A stretch of DNA of 64,000 nucleotides from Bigelowiella natans CCMP2755 (lineage: Eukaryota > Protista > Cercozoa). The notes below the pieces were generated by a model, which was not told the DNA's origin, did not search any database, and worked only from the letters and a program-made list of their open reading frames with translations. The stretch's first letter is position 1; each line of letters opens with the position of its first letter. Location of the stretch: positions 1 to 64,000 of the forward strand of contig ADNK01000260.1 of the NCBI GenBank assembly GCA_000320545.1, written 5' to 3'. Below are positions 42,490 to 56,745 of this stretch, piece by piece. The position numbers and the translations under genes are program-made.

Positions 42490-45400
42490 ATGGAAGAAGA
42501 TCCCAAACATGCTGAAAATGTCCGCGTCTTCGTACGGATCCGACCGATCAATAAGCGAGAGATGGGCTCTGCATCTCGGGGAAGCTGCGTTTCGTGGGAC
42601 GAGAACGCTAACGCCGTAGTTACAAACGGAAACCAGGGGCAAAAATACACATATGATAATGTTGCAGGCCCGGATTCAACTCAAGCAAGCGTGTTTGAAG
42701 AAGTGGGCAAACCTATTACTGAGACCTGCTTGAAGGGGTACAATGGAACAATTTTTGCCTATGGCCAGACTGGTTCCGGGAAGACGTTTACAATCAGTGG
42801 CCCTCAAGATGACAAGCCAAACCCAGAACTCAGGGGATTGATGCCTCGAGTCTTTGATTACATGTTTCATCTCATTGAAAATGATGCCAGGGAAAATAAA
42901 AATCGAACAGAATATACCGTCCAGGCATCTTTCATCGAAATTTATAACGAAAAGATTTTCGATCTGTTGGACGCAGAGAAACATTCTCTCAATTTGCGTG
43001 AAGACTCTAAACGTGGAACCTACGTGGAGGGTGTCACGGAATACACTGTTAAAGGACCAGATGATTGCCATAAGCTACTTCACAGGGGGGTTGCCAACCG
43101 GAAGGTAGGGGAAACTGCAATGAATCGAGAGAGCAGTCGATCTCATTCAGTTTTCAAACTTAATATTCACTCAACAAGCATTGGAGCGAACGGAGTCCGC
43201 GTTGATAGATACTCTCAATTCAATATGATTGATCTTGCTGGATCTGAAAGACAGAAGCTCACGGGCGCAATGGGAGAGAGGTATATTCTTTGGATCATTC
43301 CCAATATCAATAGTCTTCACTTAAATATAAATTATCAGGTTGAAGGAAGCAAGTCAAATCAATAAATCGCTATCTGCTTTGGGAAATGTAATCACAGGAT
43401 TGGTAGATGTTTCTAGAGGCAAGCATCGTCACATTCCATATCGTGACTCAAAGCTTACCTTCCTCCTCAAGCAATCTTTAGGCGGCAACTCCATGACATA
43501 CATTGTCGCTTGTGTCAGCCCGGCAAACAGTGCTTTTGGTGAGACCCTCTCGACCCTTAGATTCGCAAAGCGGGCAAAGTGTATCAGGAACAAGGCTGTG
43601 CGGAATGAAAATACCCAGTTTTCTATGCAGAAGCTTATAGAACAAAACGAAAGACTAAAAAGGGAACTTAGGCTTGCAAAGCAGAAGAGCGGAAGATCAA
43701 GTCCAATTGGATTTGATATTGGTCGTATCGAAGGTGAAGATATGCTTGTTCCAGTTGAAGAAACGAATTTGGTAGATATAAGTGACAATGTTATAAGTAG
43801 TTATACATCGCTCATGTGGCTTAAGTTACTTAAATCATGTATATATCAGGCGAAAGAAAGCAACGAGCTGACTGCTCTCCGTCGCACTTATGAAGTAACC
43901 TTGCAGCAAGAGAGGGAATGTCGCGCTCAACTCAAGTCGATGGAGAAGAAACTTTTCCACGTCGATCAAATTTGCCGAAAACGTGCTACATCTCGAATGA
44001 GTGTAAAATTGAAATGCGACTTGTACGCCCGAAAGATCGAAGAATTGACTGGCATTCTTCAGCAGCGGGGTGGTACCGATTACTCCCAATTAAACCATTT
44101 TGAGGAAAAAGTTAAACACGTACAAAATCTTATTGAAAGCACAGAAAATAGGGCTAGCATATGCGAAACTTTATCGGAGCAAGACCTCATGATTCACGAT
44201 CTTAAATGTGGGTTGGAATTCATCAATGAAATTATTCCCAGCGAAAATGAGTTGGAAGACAGAGATCTTGATGCTCTTGGAATACTCAAAGAAAAATGTG
44301 GACTCTACCGCGAGAAGTATGGAAAATTACAAGAAGAGTACTTTTCAATAAAACAAGGAGCAGGGAAGCTGTGCGATCGGGTAGAAGTTCTTCAGGATGA
44401 AGTAGAAAATCTTCAAGCGGAGCTCGAAGCCAAGAAGCGAGAGGTTCGACAAGTAGAACAAAAAATTCTTGAGGTATCCTGTGAGAAGGAAAGTGTAGAA
44501 ACCAAACTTAACCAGCAGTTAAGGAAGATGGCCGAGGACTTTGAAAGTAAACTCGAGCAGCAGGACAAGTCTCATTCAGAGCTGCAAGAAGAACTCACTC
44601 AAAGTTTTGAGGAGAAGCTAGTTCTGAAAAGAAGTGAGCTAGAAGAAGCACAGCGGGCCCTACATAATCAATCCGATGAAATTCTGATCATGAAAGGAGA
44701 GTTGAAAAAAAAGGAAGATGAGGAAAGTAGGCTAGAAGATACTCTTGCTGAGAAAGCATTAGAACTTAAGCAGCAAATAGAGCGAAGAGAACTTGAGAAT
44801 AAGGAGTATAAGAATCAAGTTGACACATATGAAAAGCGAATTGACAAATTAAATAAGGAACACACGCAGGAACTCGTGAGAGCTGTTGCGCAGGCGAAGA
44901 AGGATTACCAAGTCAAATTTCAACAGGTTACTGCCGAGCTAGCTGAAATCCAGGAATGCGACGAGGCAAGCAAAAAGCAGATGACTCTACTAAGATCTGA
45001 GAGCATTCATTTGAGAGAGAGAAATGATGAACTCAGTTCCAGGGTTCATTTTTTGAAGAAAGAGCTGCAGCAAGAAAAAATAAGGGCTGAGCATCGGTTC
45101 TTGCAGCTACGAGAAAAGCTCTCTGCAAAGGAAGTACTCATGTCCAGGCAGCAGAGCCAAACTTTGAATCAAATGGAAGCTAAGCATGAGCGTCGAGTGA
45201 AGATGATTCTTGACAAGCAAACTGCGCATTATGACGAAATGCAGATGCGACTGCAGTCGGAGCAGGAGAAAAGAAGTGAGCTGAACTCCAGACTAGTGAA
45301 GCTTCAAATTGATCATTCATCGATCTCTGGAAAATACAGGACAGCACAGAATAACGCTCAAAAATTTGAAGATTTAGTTGGATCGTTAAAAAAGAGTAAA

Positions 45401-47369
45401 GAAGAACAAAGTTTGAAACTAAGGGAAGCATTGAGCTCGTCAGAGAAGAAAGACATGGAGATGTCATCACTTCAACGTAAGTTAGATGCTGCGGCTGAAA
45501 CCTTGAAATCTAAAATTGCAGCGAACGAGAAAATTCGGGGCGAGCTCCAGAAAATAAAAGTAGCAGGGTCAGCTTCTGAGCAAAAAATTGGAATTTTGAA
45601 AGACAATCTTTCTGAAATGAACGGGAAATTGAAACTTGCTCTCCAAAAGTGCCAGAACACCGAATTTGATCTTGTAAATCTGAAGGAAGACAATGAGTGT
45701 CTGACAGAGACAAACGCCTTCCAATCAACAAAAATTGAGGAATTGGAAAATTTACTCCAGGACACAGCCGAGAGAGAAAGAAAACAATCTATTGAACTTG
45801 GTGAAAAAGTCTCAAAGATCAAGGAGTTGGAGCAAAACCTTGGAGATTTGGAGAAAACTTTTAGTGATAAAACGCTAGAAATTGAATTACTTTCGAAGAA
45901 AAATTCTGAACTAGTTACCGAAGCTGAGAATATACGGGTAGAAGCAAAACAACACTCTCAAAACAGTGAAGAAACCCAAAAACTGCGAGCGATCAAGGAT
46001 TCTCTGGAAAAGCAGGTGAAATTTCTCAATATTTTAACCTGGAGTACCTGATTTAAATTTGATCGATAGGTGCTGGCACAGAAAGAAGAGATTCGCTCTA
46101 ACCGAAGCAGCTTTGAATTGGATATGGATTCATTGAAATCTAAGTTCAACGAGATTAAAGTGAAGTTGGATGAAAGTTACAATTCTCGATCGCAACTGAT
46201 CGCAGATATGACGGTATGGTGTAACTTTTCGACAGGCCAATTTTTCGATCATGAATAGCAAAGTTTTCACCAGATACCTGTATCTAATCGATGCACTAAT
46301 TGAATTCTAATATTTGTTCGTGATAATCCTTCAGAAATCTCGAAACGATGAGGCTAAAAGTCATGAACAGATGACAGTTCTAAAAATGAAAAATGAGGAA
46401 TTAAAGAAGGTTTCTTCCTCTTTGCGTTGATTTAAGTATCTTATCTATAAATTTCTTCAGACAATTCGTGAGCATTTGACGAGTGGCGACAAAGCTAAAA
46501 AAACAATTTCAAGGTTGAAGCACGAAAACGCAAAGCTCATAGGGCATCAAAATCCGAACCAGAAGATTCAACATCACATGCGAATCAAGGTCGTCTGTCG
46601 ATGCAAATAGTATATTTCCACTTGTAAACTAAACGTAACCTAATCACAGGAGGAAAATGTAAAATTGAAGAAGCAGGTCCAGAAACTTGAAGCACAGCTT
46701 CGTAATGTAAGTAAAGGTGGCATTGTCCTACGATCCAAGAAACACCTTGGGCTTTCTGCAAGGACTACGGCAGCAACGGACAAAGAAAATGCAAACGTGA
46801 CAATTAACAAATCATCCAAGAAGGTTTATCGCTCATGTTGTCTAATTTCCAGGAGCTGACGATGTTTTGTTATGTGGTTAGCCTGTAATATCCGACAAGA
46901 TGCGACTCTCAGTAGAGAACATGTTAGGAAAATTTGATGACATAATTGGGAAGCGCAACGAATCAGGTACAAAGAACAACGAGGTGGCAGGGTGGCATCT
47001 GACTTTCATACGTGCATCAGGATTAGAAGAGGTGAAAGAGGAAGGTTTTAAATATTCCTCATCGAAAAAGGTATTTCGTCTTACATGTCGAAACTGTGGG
47101 TCACAACAATATTTGTTTCAGGATGAGAGAAGCTTCATTGAAGCTTTCGAAAAGATATCGAGGGCCTTGGCTGGGGTCGATGAAGACTTACGGGCCAAAG
47201 ATGAGTTAGCAATTCGACTAGAGGAAGCAGAAAGAGAAATTTCGAGGGAGAAGGTATGACCCGCCATTTTTTCTTTAATTGATTTTAATGTTCTGTCCTC
47301 TAAAATAAGGCCCAAAATTCTGGTTTGAAGCATGAGATGCAATTGCTGCGGGAAAAGCTCTCTTCCTAA
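42490..47369 (+). CDS. KIF15: Kinesin-12 (KIF15-like) motor protein
   Basis: [21 protein letters not shown] (P-loop), [24 protein letters not shown] and a long coiled coil. The C-terminal [21 protein letters not shown] motif is characteristic of KIF15/HMMR. Confidence 0.92.
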
Positions 47370-47429
47370 GGATTTAATCTTTCAGTGGTCCTAAAATATT
47401 TGCATTATTTACGGGACTTGAATTGACAA

Positions 47430-48500
47430 GGCATAGCCCGCACACCTAGCTAGACACGCACTTTCTAGCTTGGAAAATTGAATAGTGCATGATAGCATGG
47501 TGCACAGTGGTATCGAAAATATAAATGTACACTAGTACAGTGTCACGCTACGCAAACACACATATTTCATATGATGACCTGGCATGCGACTAGATATCCA
47601 TGTAGGAACTACATCACGCGCTGTAAGTACTAGAGTACATCACGTGCTGTGATCGAGTGACGTACCTCTCTATCTCGTCGGCTAGTTACACATAGACACG
47701 TAGACACACATACGATCCAGTTGCACTTGTCGTTGGTATGCATCCTAGCATGTAAGCACTCATCGTTACTATCTAGCTGCTATGACTCTATTACGTACAA
47801 TACATACGTCGCAGCTATCCTTATATATCGCTGCATTGCTAGTTCGCATCGCGCTGGTGCGCACACAGCACACAGTACGTACGCACAACTAGCAGAGTAC
47901 ACGCTACGCACTCCAGCTAGTAGTGCATGCATGCATTTAACACTACTAATCTGGACTAGCTAGAGCCCAAGCAATCTAAGCAATGCATGCTAGCATGATT
48001 CCAGACTAGCAGAATCGAAAGAGCTGTGCTAGTACACACTCTGCGCTAGCACTTCGATCATGCAATGATGCAATGTGATCTGTATAGAAAGTGCGTATCA
48101 TCTAGTGATGCTGGCTCCTCGCTAACCCGCGCGGATCTACACTATGTACTCGCTCTAGCTAGCTAGTACTAGCTACCTAGCATACTCTGTACTACTCTAG
48201 TGCTAGTATACAGCTCTAGAACTAGCTAGCCTAGCAGGCTAGCTAGCTAGCAGGATGCAAGCATAGCTTAGATAGCTAGTAGCAGATATGATCGATTTGA
48301 TTTTTAAATAAGGATGGTTCAGCATGCAGTGATGAAACTCTATATGACTGAGACATGCCATGCTACGCTAGCTAGACTATGCATGCTGGCCTATGCATGT
48401 ACATGCTAGCATGGCGATCTCGTCACAGTGCCAGGCAAATAGCTTGCATTGGCAGTCTGTACATGCGATGCAGTTGCTGATCGAAGAATCTGTTAGTCGA
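47430..48500. other. Densest CTAG-footprint island (KIF15/GMPR convergent gap)
   Basis: Perfect footprints at 47442, 47528, 47626, 47986, 48002, 48235 and 48402, plus many one-mismatch copies. Confidence 0.88.
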
Positions 48501-48550
48501 TCCCGTGCAGTCCACATAAAATCGTTTCTCCTCGTCTGACAGCTCCAACT

Positions 48551-50294
<1,744 letters not shown>

Positions 50295-51396
50295 ATTATG
50301 GTGTTTGGGGCGTCGATTTCCAAGTTATGCTGACAGGAAACAAAATTTACGAATCATCAAAATAACGCGGGAAAGTACAAATTCCACTTATTTGAGAATG
50401 TCAGTGGCTCAATTTCGTATGAAGCATTTAAATGATATCTTTTAATCTTCTAAGTTATATTGCACTATTCATCGTTTTCAAAATCTCCACAAAATTGTCA
50501 ATATTAACAAAAGGGGGGCAGGGGAGGGGGTGCACATCACCAGGGGGGGGACACTTTAAAGCAGTAAGATTTGAGAGATGTAAAAATATACAGAATTAGG
50601 TACGACAATGGGGGAATATTGCCAGAAACCAATAAAGGCTACATGAAATGCCCACTAAATTTGAGTTTTGAATTTAAAACTAAAAGTCCCCTTGTCTGAA
50701 TTTGGATTTTATCATTCGGCAATTTGACAACACTGAAGGAAAACCATGATATTATACTTCTACGACAAGCGGGTAGCATGATTGACAACCAAAATATGAT
50801 CCCACGTGCCAAGGAGAATTTTGTGCCGAACCGTCTGTCGAAAACAAAATTGTTCGTAAACGATAGCAGTCGTTCGAAGAAAAAACATTCTATTTATATT
50901 TTATCTGCTTGTATTTTTGATGTAAGAAAGAGACAACCACAGCTCGTGCCGCGGATGTAAGTTATTTTTAATCATGATAGATTTGCAGGGCCTTCCTGGA
51001 ACATTGGCTAGTGTTGTCAAGTCGATGCAACAATCGTGCTGTGCCTCCTCCCAAAAAGATATCACCGGAGGATCCTTTCAAAAAATCTTGGAAGATTAAG
51101 ACTTATATTTAATAAAAGAAGATTCATAAAAATATAGAAAAAATAGGATATTTACTATGATTCGCTGCTAAAGTCCAGATTCCATCTTTATTTTGCTCGT
51201 TACAATGAGTTTTCAGTAAATTGTAGGTCTCATTAATGGAAAGATACATAAGTATCTGAAGATCGTTGTTTAGAGGCTGAAAACATTGCATTTATTAAAT
51301 ACGTCAGACAAAAAATATTGTCTTTTCGATTTAATAAGACCCACAAGCTTCGCACATTCCTCGCTACAAATCTCGAACTTCGATTCTTTATCAAGG

Positions 51397-51766
51397 ATGG
51401 CTGACGTCGCAGGTAGACGCACCTTTGTTTTCCTTTAGTTGAGTGATTGGGAAACCTTTGCGATGAGTAGAAGAACTGTGAAAACGCTTATCCTTATGTG
51501 ATGATATTTTTAATAACTTTGTATTCTGGGACTCACTCAAACTTGCATTCGTTTTTTCAAAGCTCGATTGGAAGCAGTTGTCGCGAGACTCGAAGCTCTC
51601 GCTAGCACTATTAATGTCGGAGGCGGAGATGCTGGAGGCGCAGCTCCTTCTGGCACAGCTGCACCTGCTGCTAAATTTGTTGAAGTCTACAACGAGTTCT
51701 TGGAGAATGAGGTTGCTGCATTCGTGAAAGCTGCTGGTTCTATCCCGGGAGTATCTGAGTTGGTAA

Positions 51767-51811
<45 letters not shown>

Positions 51812-51818
51812 ATGTACA

Positions 51819-51856
<38 letters not shown>

Positions 51857-53385
51857 TATATTGTTATAAAAGGAAAGGAGATGAGTGATATGTACTATTT
51901 TGTCTTACACATAATTATTCTTGTCAGGGTATCAACTCCATGGCTGAAACTTTTTACTCCGAGATTGGAAAAACCTTAACTATGGCTGCAGATTGCAGTA
52001 AGCCAGATCAGAAAGTACTTATGGAGAAAATGAAACCTGTTATGGAACTTTTCCCAAAAGCAGAGAAAGCTGTTTTTAAGCGGGGAAAGTTCAACAACCA
52101 CGCTACTGCATGGAAAGAAATGCTCCAAATGGTGAACTTTCTCTTTGTTCCAAAGCCTCGTGGGTTTGTCGAAGATTCGTATACTCTACCAGACGTATAC
52201 CTTAACCGCATTCTGGTAGCGGCAAAAAAGATGGAAGGCGAAGAGAAAACTAACAATCAGGCGTTCGTCAACACAGCCAAAGCGATTGGAGTATTTTTCA
52301 AGGACTATGTTAAAAAATACCATGCAGCAGAAATTGCTTGGAACAAAAAGGGCGGTGATGCAAAGACATGGACTCCAGGAGCAGCTGCAACTGGTGGAGC
52401 TGCCGTCCCGCCACCACCAGCAGGAATTGCAGGCCCTCCTGTAGGCTTGGCACCCCCGCCTGCGGTCATATCTTCTGATTCGCCGAAGAAGGAAACCTCA
52501 GCTGGAGGAATGTCTGCTGTTTTCGCAGAAATTAATAAAGGAAGTGCACAGTGTGAGAGTGCAGAAGCTGGGGGAGCAACTGCAGCCTTCAAGCTTAAGA
52601 AAGTTACCAAAGAGATGAAGAAGGCGATGAAAAAACAGTGAGTTCATACTCTAAAAACGAGTGAAAATTATTTGATCCAAGATATTTGATTGATATTCCA
52701 ATATTTTTTCACATAAGTACAATAACCCTTAGCCTGGATTGAAACCAAAGGCAAAGAAGAAAGTCGAGAAAAAGACTGTCAAAAAGGTTGTTAAGGTGAA
52801 GCCACCATCCTGTGAATTCCGCCGTGGTACATGGTGGGTTGAGCACATGGTGGAGGATAAGAAGGTTGAAGGCGTCGAGCTAAAGCACAATGTCTACGTC
52901 TTCAACGCGCAAAAATGCACAATCACTATCCCCGGAAAGATCAAATCGATCACAATCCGTAAGTTATCATCATTAAAATAATGTTCCCTTTTCCCTCTGT
53001 TAGATAATGTTCACTTTTCCCCTCCATCACTCACCTATTTTTTAACACAGAGGGATGCAAACGCGCAACCATCATCTTCGACCAAGTTATCTCTACCTTT
53101 GAGGTTGTGGATTGTGAATCGTGCAAGGTTTTCTGCCGCGAAGCTGTGCCCTCCGTTGCAATTGACAAATCTAAAGGAACCCAAGTAAACTTCTCCGAAT
53201 TGGCAGTCGAGAACCTTCCCGAAATTGTTACTTCAAACATCTCCGAGACCAATATTGTCCTACCAGGGAAAACCTCAAAGGATGACCCTATTGAAATTCC
53301 TCTCCCCGAGCAGTATAAAACCACGATTTCAGGCACCAATGGAGATTGGAACACAGACACCACAATGGTCTCTCATAGTGGATAA
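51397..53385 (+). CDS. CAP1: Adenylyl cyclase-associated protein (CAP/Srv2), actin regulator
   Basis: N-terminal RLE repeats (MADVAARLEAVVARLEAL), polyproline, a WH2-like GGMSAVFAEINKG..LKKVTKEMK segment, and a C-CAP beta-helix (GKIKSITI, IVTSNISETN, EIPLPEQYKT). Confidence 0.93.
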
Positions 53386-53499
53386 AGAAGCTCAAAAAGG
53401 AGATTGACAAGTAAACAATTATAATATCATGCATCCCATGTGCGTAACTGCTACGGAAAAAATTTGTAAGTAGGATGCATTTTATATATTTCCCTCTTT

Positions 53500-54410
53500 T
53501 GAAACGTTCTGCGAAGGCATGTTAGCCATGCTGGGTTGAGAATGCATTGCAGACCTTGAACCCACACGAATGTTTGCATTTGCAGCGTTCATGTTTGCGG
53601 CGTGTAATGTAATACTAGTGAATGTCGTGAAAGACACTCATGTATGTTATTGTACCGCTATATCTAGATATCTAGAGGCCGGGCAATAACTAGATAATGC
53701 GTATGCAACATGAGACGGATGCAAGCTAGCTAGCTAGTATCTAGAGTATGAGACGGATGTAATGAAATGTTTAAATTGTTTCAATGGTCATCCTAATGTA
53801 GCTGTTCAATGCAGCGGCTACAGCGCTTAAATTGTGTCTATTTGTTTCCTTGGTCACATGGCGCATGCGCATGAAAATGCATCCTAGCTAGCTAGGAAAC
53901 AAATAGAGACGGGTATAATTAATCAATTAAATTTGTTCATCAATGCTAGAATGGTGTAGCTAGCTAGTGGCCATCCTTGTGTAGCTCTAGAGCTTTGCAA
54001 TCTAATAGCTAGCTAGCAAAGCAGCGAATACAGCATTATCTAGATATAGTGTTGAACCTGGTTAGACATGGCTAGCCATAGGCATGGTGTGCTGTGCGTG
54101 CACTCACTGTGATGCGATGATAATGCACGCTAGCGCCCGCATCAATAATCTACAGTTTCGCTACACGTTAGACGCGCCTGGCGCTATGATACTAGCTAGC
54201 TAGCTAGCTATAGATTTGCGCAATTTCTTCTAGTGCTAGCAGCAGTGTTCTAGCTAGCCAGTCGGAGATCTCACATGCATCAGAGCAGCCCTGCCGGATA
54301 TCTGCATTGTCCAGCAGCCGCGAGCACTTCTCATTGCTCAGACTGTTTTGCTGCCGCGGTGGGTGCTTAAACGTAACACATCGATCAATACCATCCGCTA
54401 GCTAAAAATA
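53500..54410. other. CTAG-footprint island (CAP/TilS convergent gap)
   Basis: Footprints at 53660, 53686, 53942 and 53983; (CTAG)3-4 runs. Confidence 0.85.
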
Positions 54411-54652
54411 AATGTCTCCACATCGATGTGACGAAATAATCCAGCCACATCTTAACGGGTTACATATTTACGAACGTTTCATTTAACACACAAGTATGCT
54501 TTCAGAGGGGGGTGACCTAGGGCATTAGCTGATCCACACTCCATTCTGTGCTCATTGTGTACGGGCTTATGCATGCAAAATGTATAATATTCTACGCATT
54601 TAACATGTCTATAATATTTTGGACATTAATGCGCATTGTAGCATCCAGCTTT

Positions 54653-56627
54653 TTAACTCCAACACATATCCATTGAATATAAGGGTCTTTTCATATCAAT
54701 CCAACCATAAATGTTAAACGACGAGTTTACATTGTAACCAGAAATGAATGAAAGCATTGCAAATAAGGCCATTTTTTCTTTCTCTTCCAACAGCATTTCT
54801 TTACTGTTTTTCATCTGTATTTTTTTCTGTAACCTCCACTTTCCAACTTTTGACACGAGCGTACTTGCTATCGCCTAACTCTACAAGTTTTTCGTGTGTA
54901 GAGGAGAGTTTTTGCCATACCTTGTGTATCGAAAAATATGCCGTGAGACAATATCAAATGTTCGCAGTATGTTAAGAACCTCTTCTACAGCTTTGTAACA
55001 GACTGCATTCCCGTTTTTTTTTGTCTTTAGAAAGCGATGCAGTCTCTCACGCTCCAGAAATACCGGTGCTTCCTTCTGGACTATAAATATACTTGCCTGC
55101 GTGGTCTCACCTGCTTGTAGTTCCTCGTCCACAAATGCGCCCAAAAAACGTACCTATTATAGTGTTTCACATCCTGATCCAGATACGTAACAATGTTTCC
55201 ATTGAATAGAAATCGCAATTCATATTGCTAGAGCATCAGTGGTTGGAACAATCACACCTGTTGATCAAGTTCCGAGAAACGATCCGCTAATGCCTTGGGG
55301 GATCCAGCAATCTCTCCCAATAGTGGGATTAAAAGATTTCGAATCTGGGGATAGTATTATTACACAGATGTTTACAATATACTCCATCTAACCTGTTTTA
55401 CCTTATTGCGCTGATAAACGTTTTTCTTGTTCGAAGAGTCTTCTCTCCAATCTAAACCTTTTTCAATCAAATATGACCGAAGATCTGCCTTGGATATTCT
55501 CAGCAAAGGCCGGATTTTCATTACTCCTGTGTACAGGCAATCATAACAGTATCTTTGTCTGCCATAGCATATGTTCTCATTCCTCCATTGTGATGCCATA
55601 AGTTACATTATAATCCTACCAACAACCACTTATTTTCCTCCTTAACCCTTAATTAAGGTCTATGGCTGGTTTCATCAACAAAGTCATTACCATACCGTTT
55701 TGTTTAACCAAAGGGTCAATGCCTTTTATCGAACAGATAGACGTGCCACGCAGAAGCTTCATCAATATAGTTTCAACGCTGCGATCATGGAACAAGACAG
55801 GTCATTGGAAAGGTGGACTTGATTTTACCAATACGAGAATAGTATTGAGTTAACAAAAGGAAATATTGAAACCTATCGTCTGCATGATGCGCCATTGCTA
55901 CGAAAACCTCTGGTATCCTTTCAGAATTTGTAGTACTTCGAGTCAAATTGACCAGTTTCTCAAGCTCAAAACTTCTCCATAGTCGCGCCTTCTCTTGTAT
56001 ACTTTCTGAGGAATGAGGGGGGTTGCTCGTAGTTCCCCAGAATCGCATGTGAACCTTTGAACTAGAAATTCCATAAACTGTTTTACAAGCATCAACAACA
56101 AAGTCTCGATCTTGGTCCGACTCCTTCCCTGTAACAAAATATGTGAGTAATATTTTCACTCGTGTGTTCATTTCTAAATTCTGGATTCGTGCATGATGGC
56201 TTCACGCACCTCTGAGTTGGTGGTCAAAATGTACCACGCGGAGATCGAAGAGTACATTCACTCTTTTGCATATTGAGCTCAAAATGTCCAGCATAGCCAT
56301 CGAATCCGAGCCTCCGCTCACACAAGCGAAGATGACAGGTGTTCCAGAGGGATACTCTACTCGTTTCCCCTCGGGCTCTCCTTGTCTGACAATAGAGGGG
56401 ACATGTGTTTTCAATGTGGAGAAGGCCTGCTCCTCTATTCTCCGAATGGTCCTCGTCGAGAGCACTGTGAGGCTGTTAACTTTCCTCACTGTGTTGATGG
56501 ACCTTCGTGCCTGTTCTAGAGAGGTTCTCGGAAGAGCTAAGATAGATTTACTACAATGAATTGACGGCGGTAAGCTGAAGACACGGGTCGCCATAAAAAC
56601 CCATAGAACAAGAAGCGACGCCGACAT
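54653..56627 (-). CDS. tilS: tRNA(Ile)-lysidine synthase, nuclear-encoded and probably organelle-targeted
   Basis: PP-loop VSGGSDS, VVHFDHQLRG, AHHADDSVETILMKLLRG, IRPLL, WREDSSN..YQRNKV. The N-terminus MSASLLVLWVFMATRVFS is hydrophobic and followed by an S/R-rich extension. Confidence 0.88.
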
Positions 56628-56745
56628 CGTGGACGAGACGAGCTCCTGAGTGTGTGCTCGGTTGCGTTGCGCAGAGGTGCTTGGAGACACAGTGGCTACA
56701 TCAAATGATACTCTTACGGCCGTTATTACTCGAAAATGCAACATA

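Noticed and set aside
53550-53570. tRNA T-loop-like GTGGGTTCAA (minus strand); GGTTCGACTC at ~22892
   Set aside because: No cloverleaf or A box; the second overlaps a splice donor.
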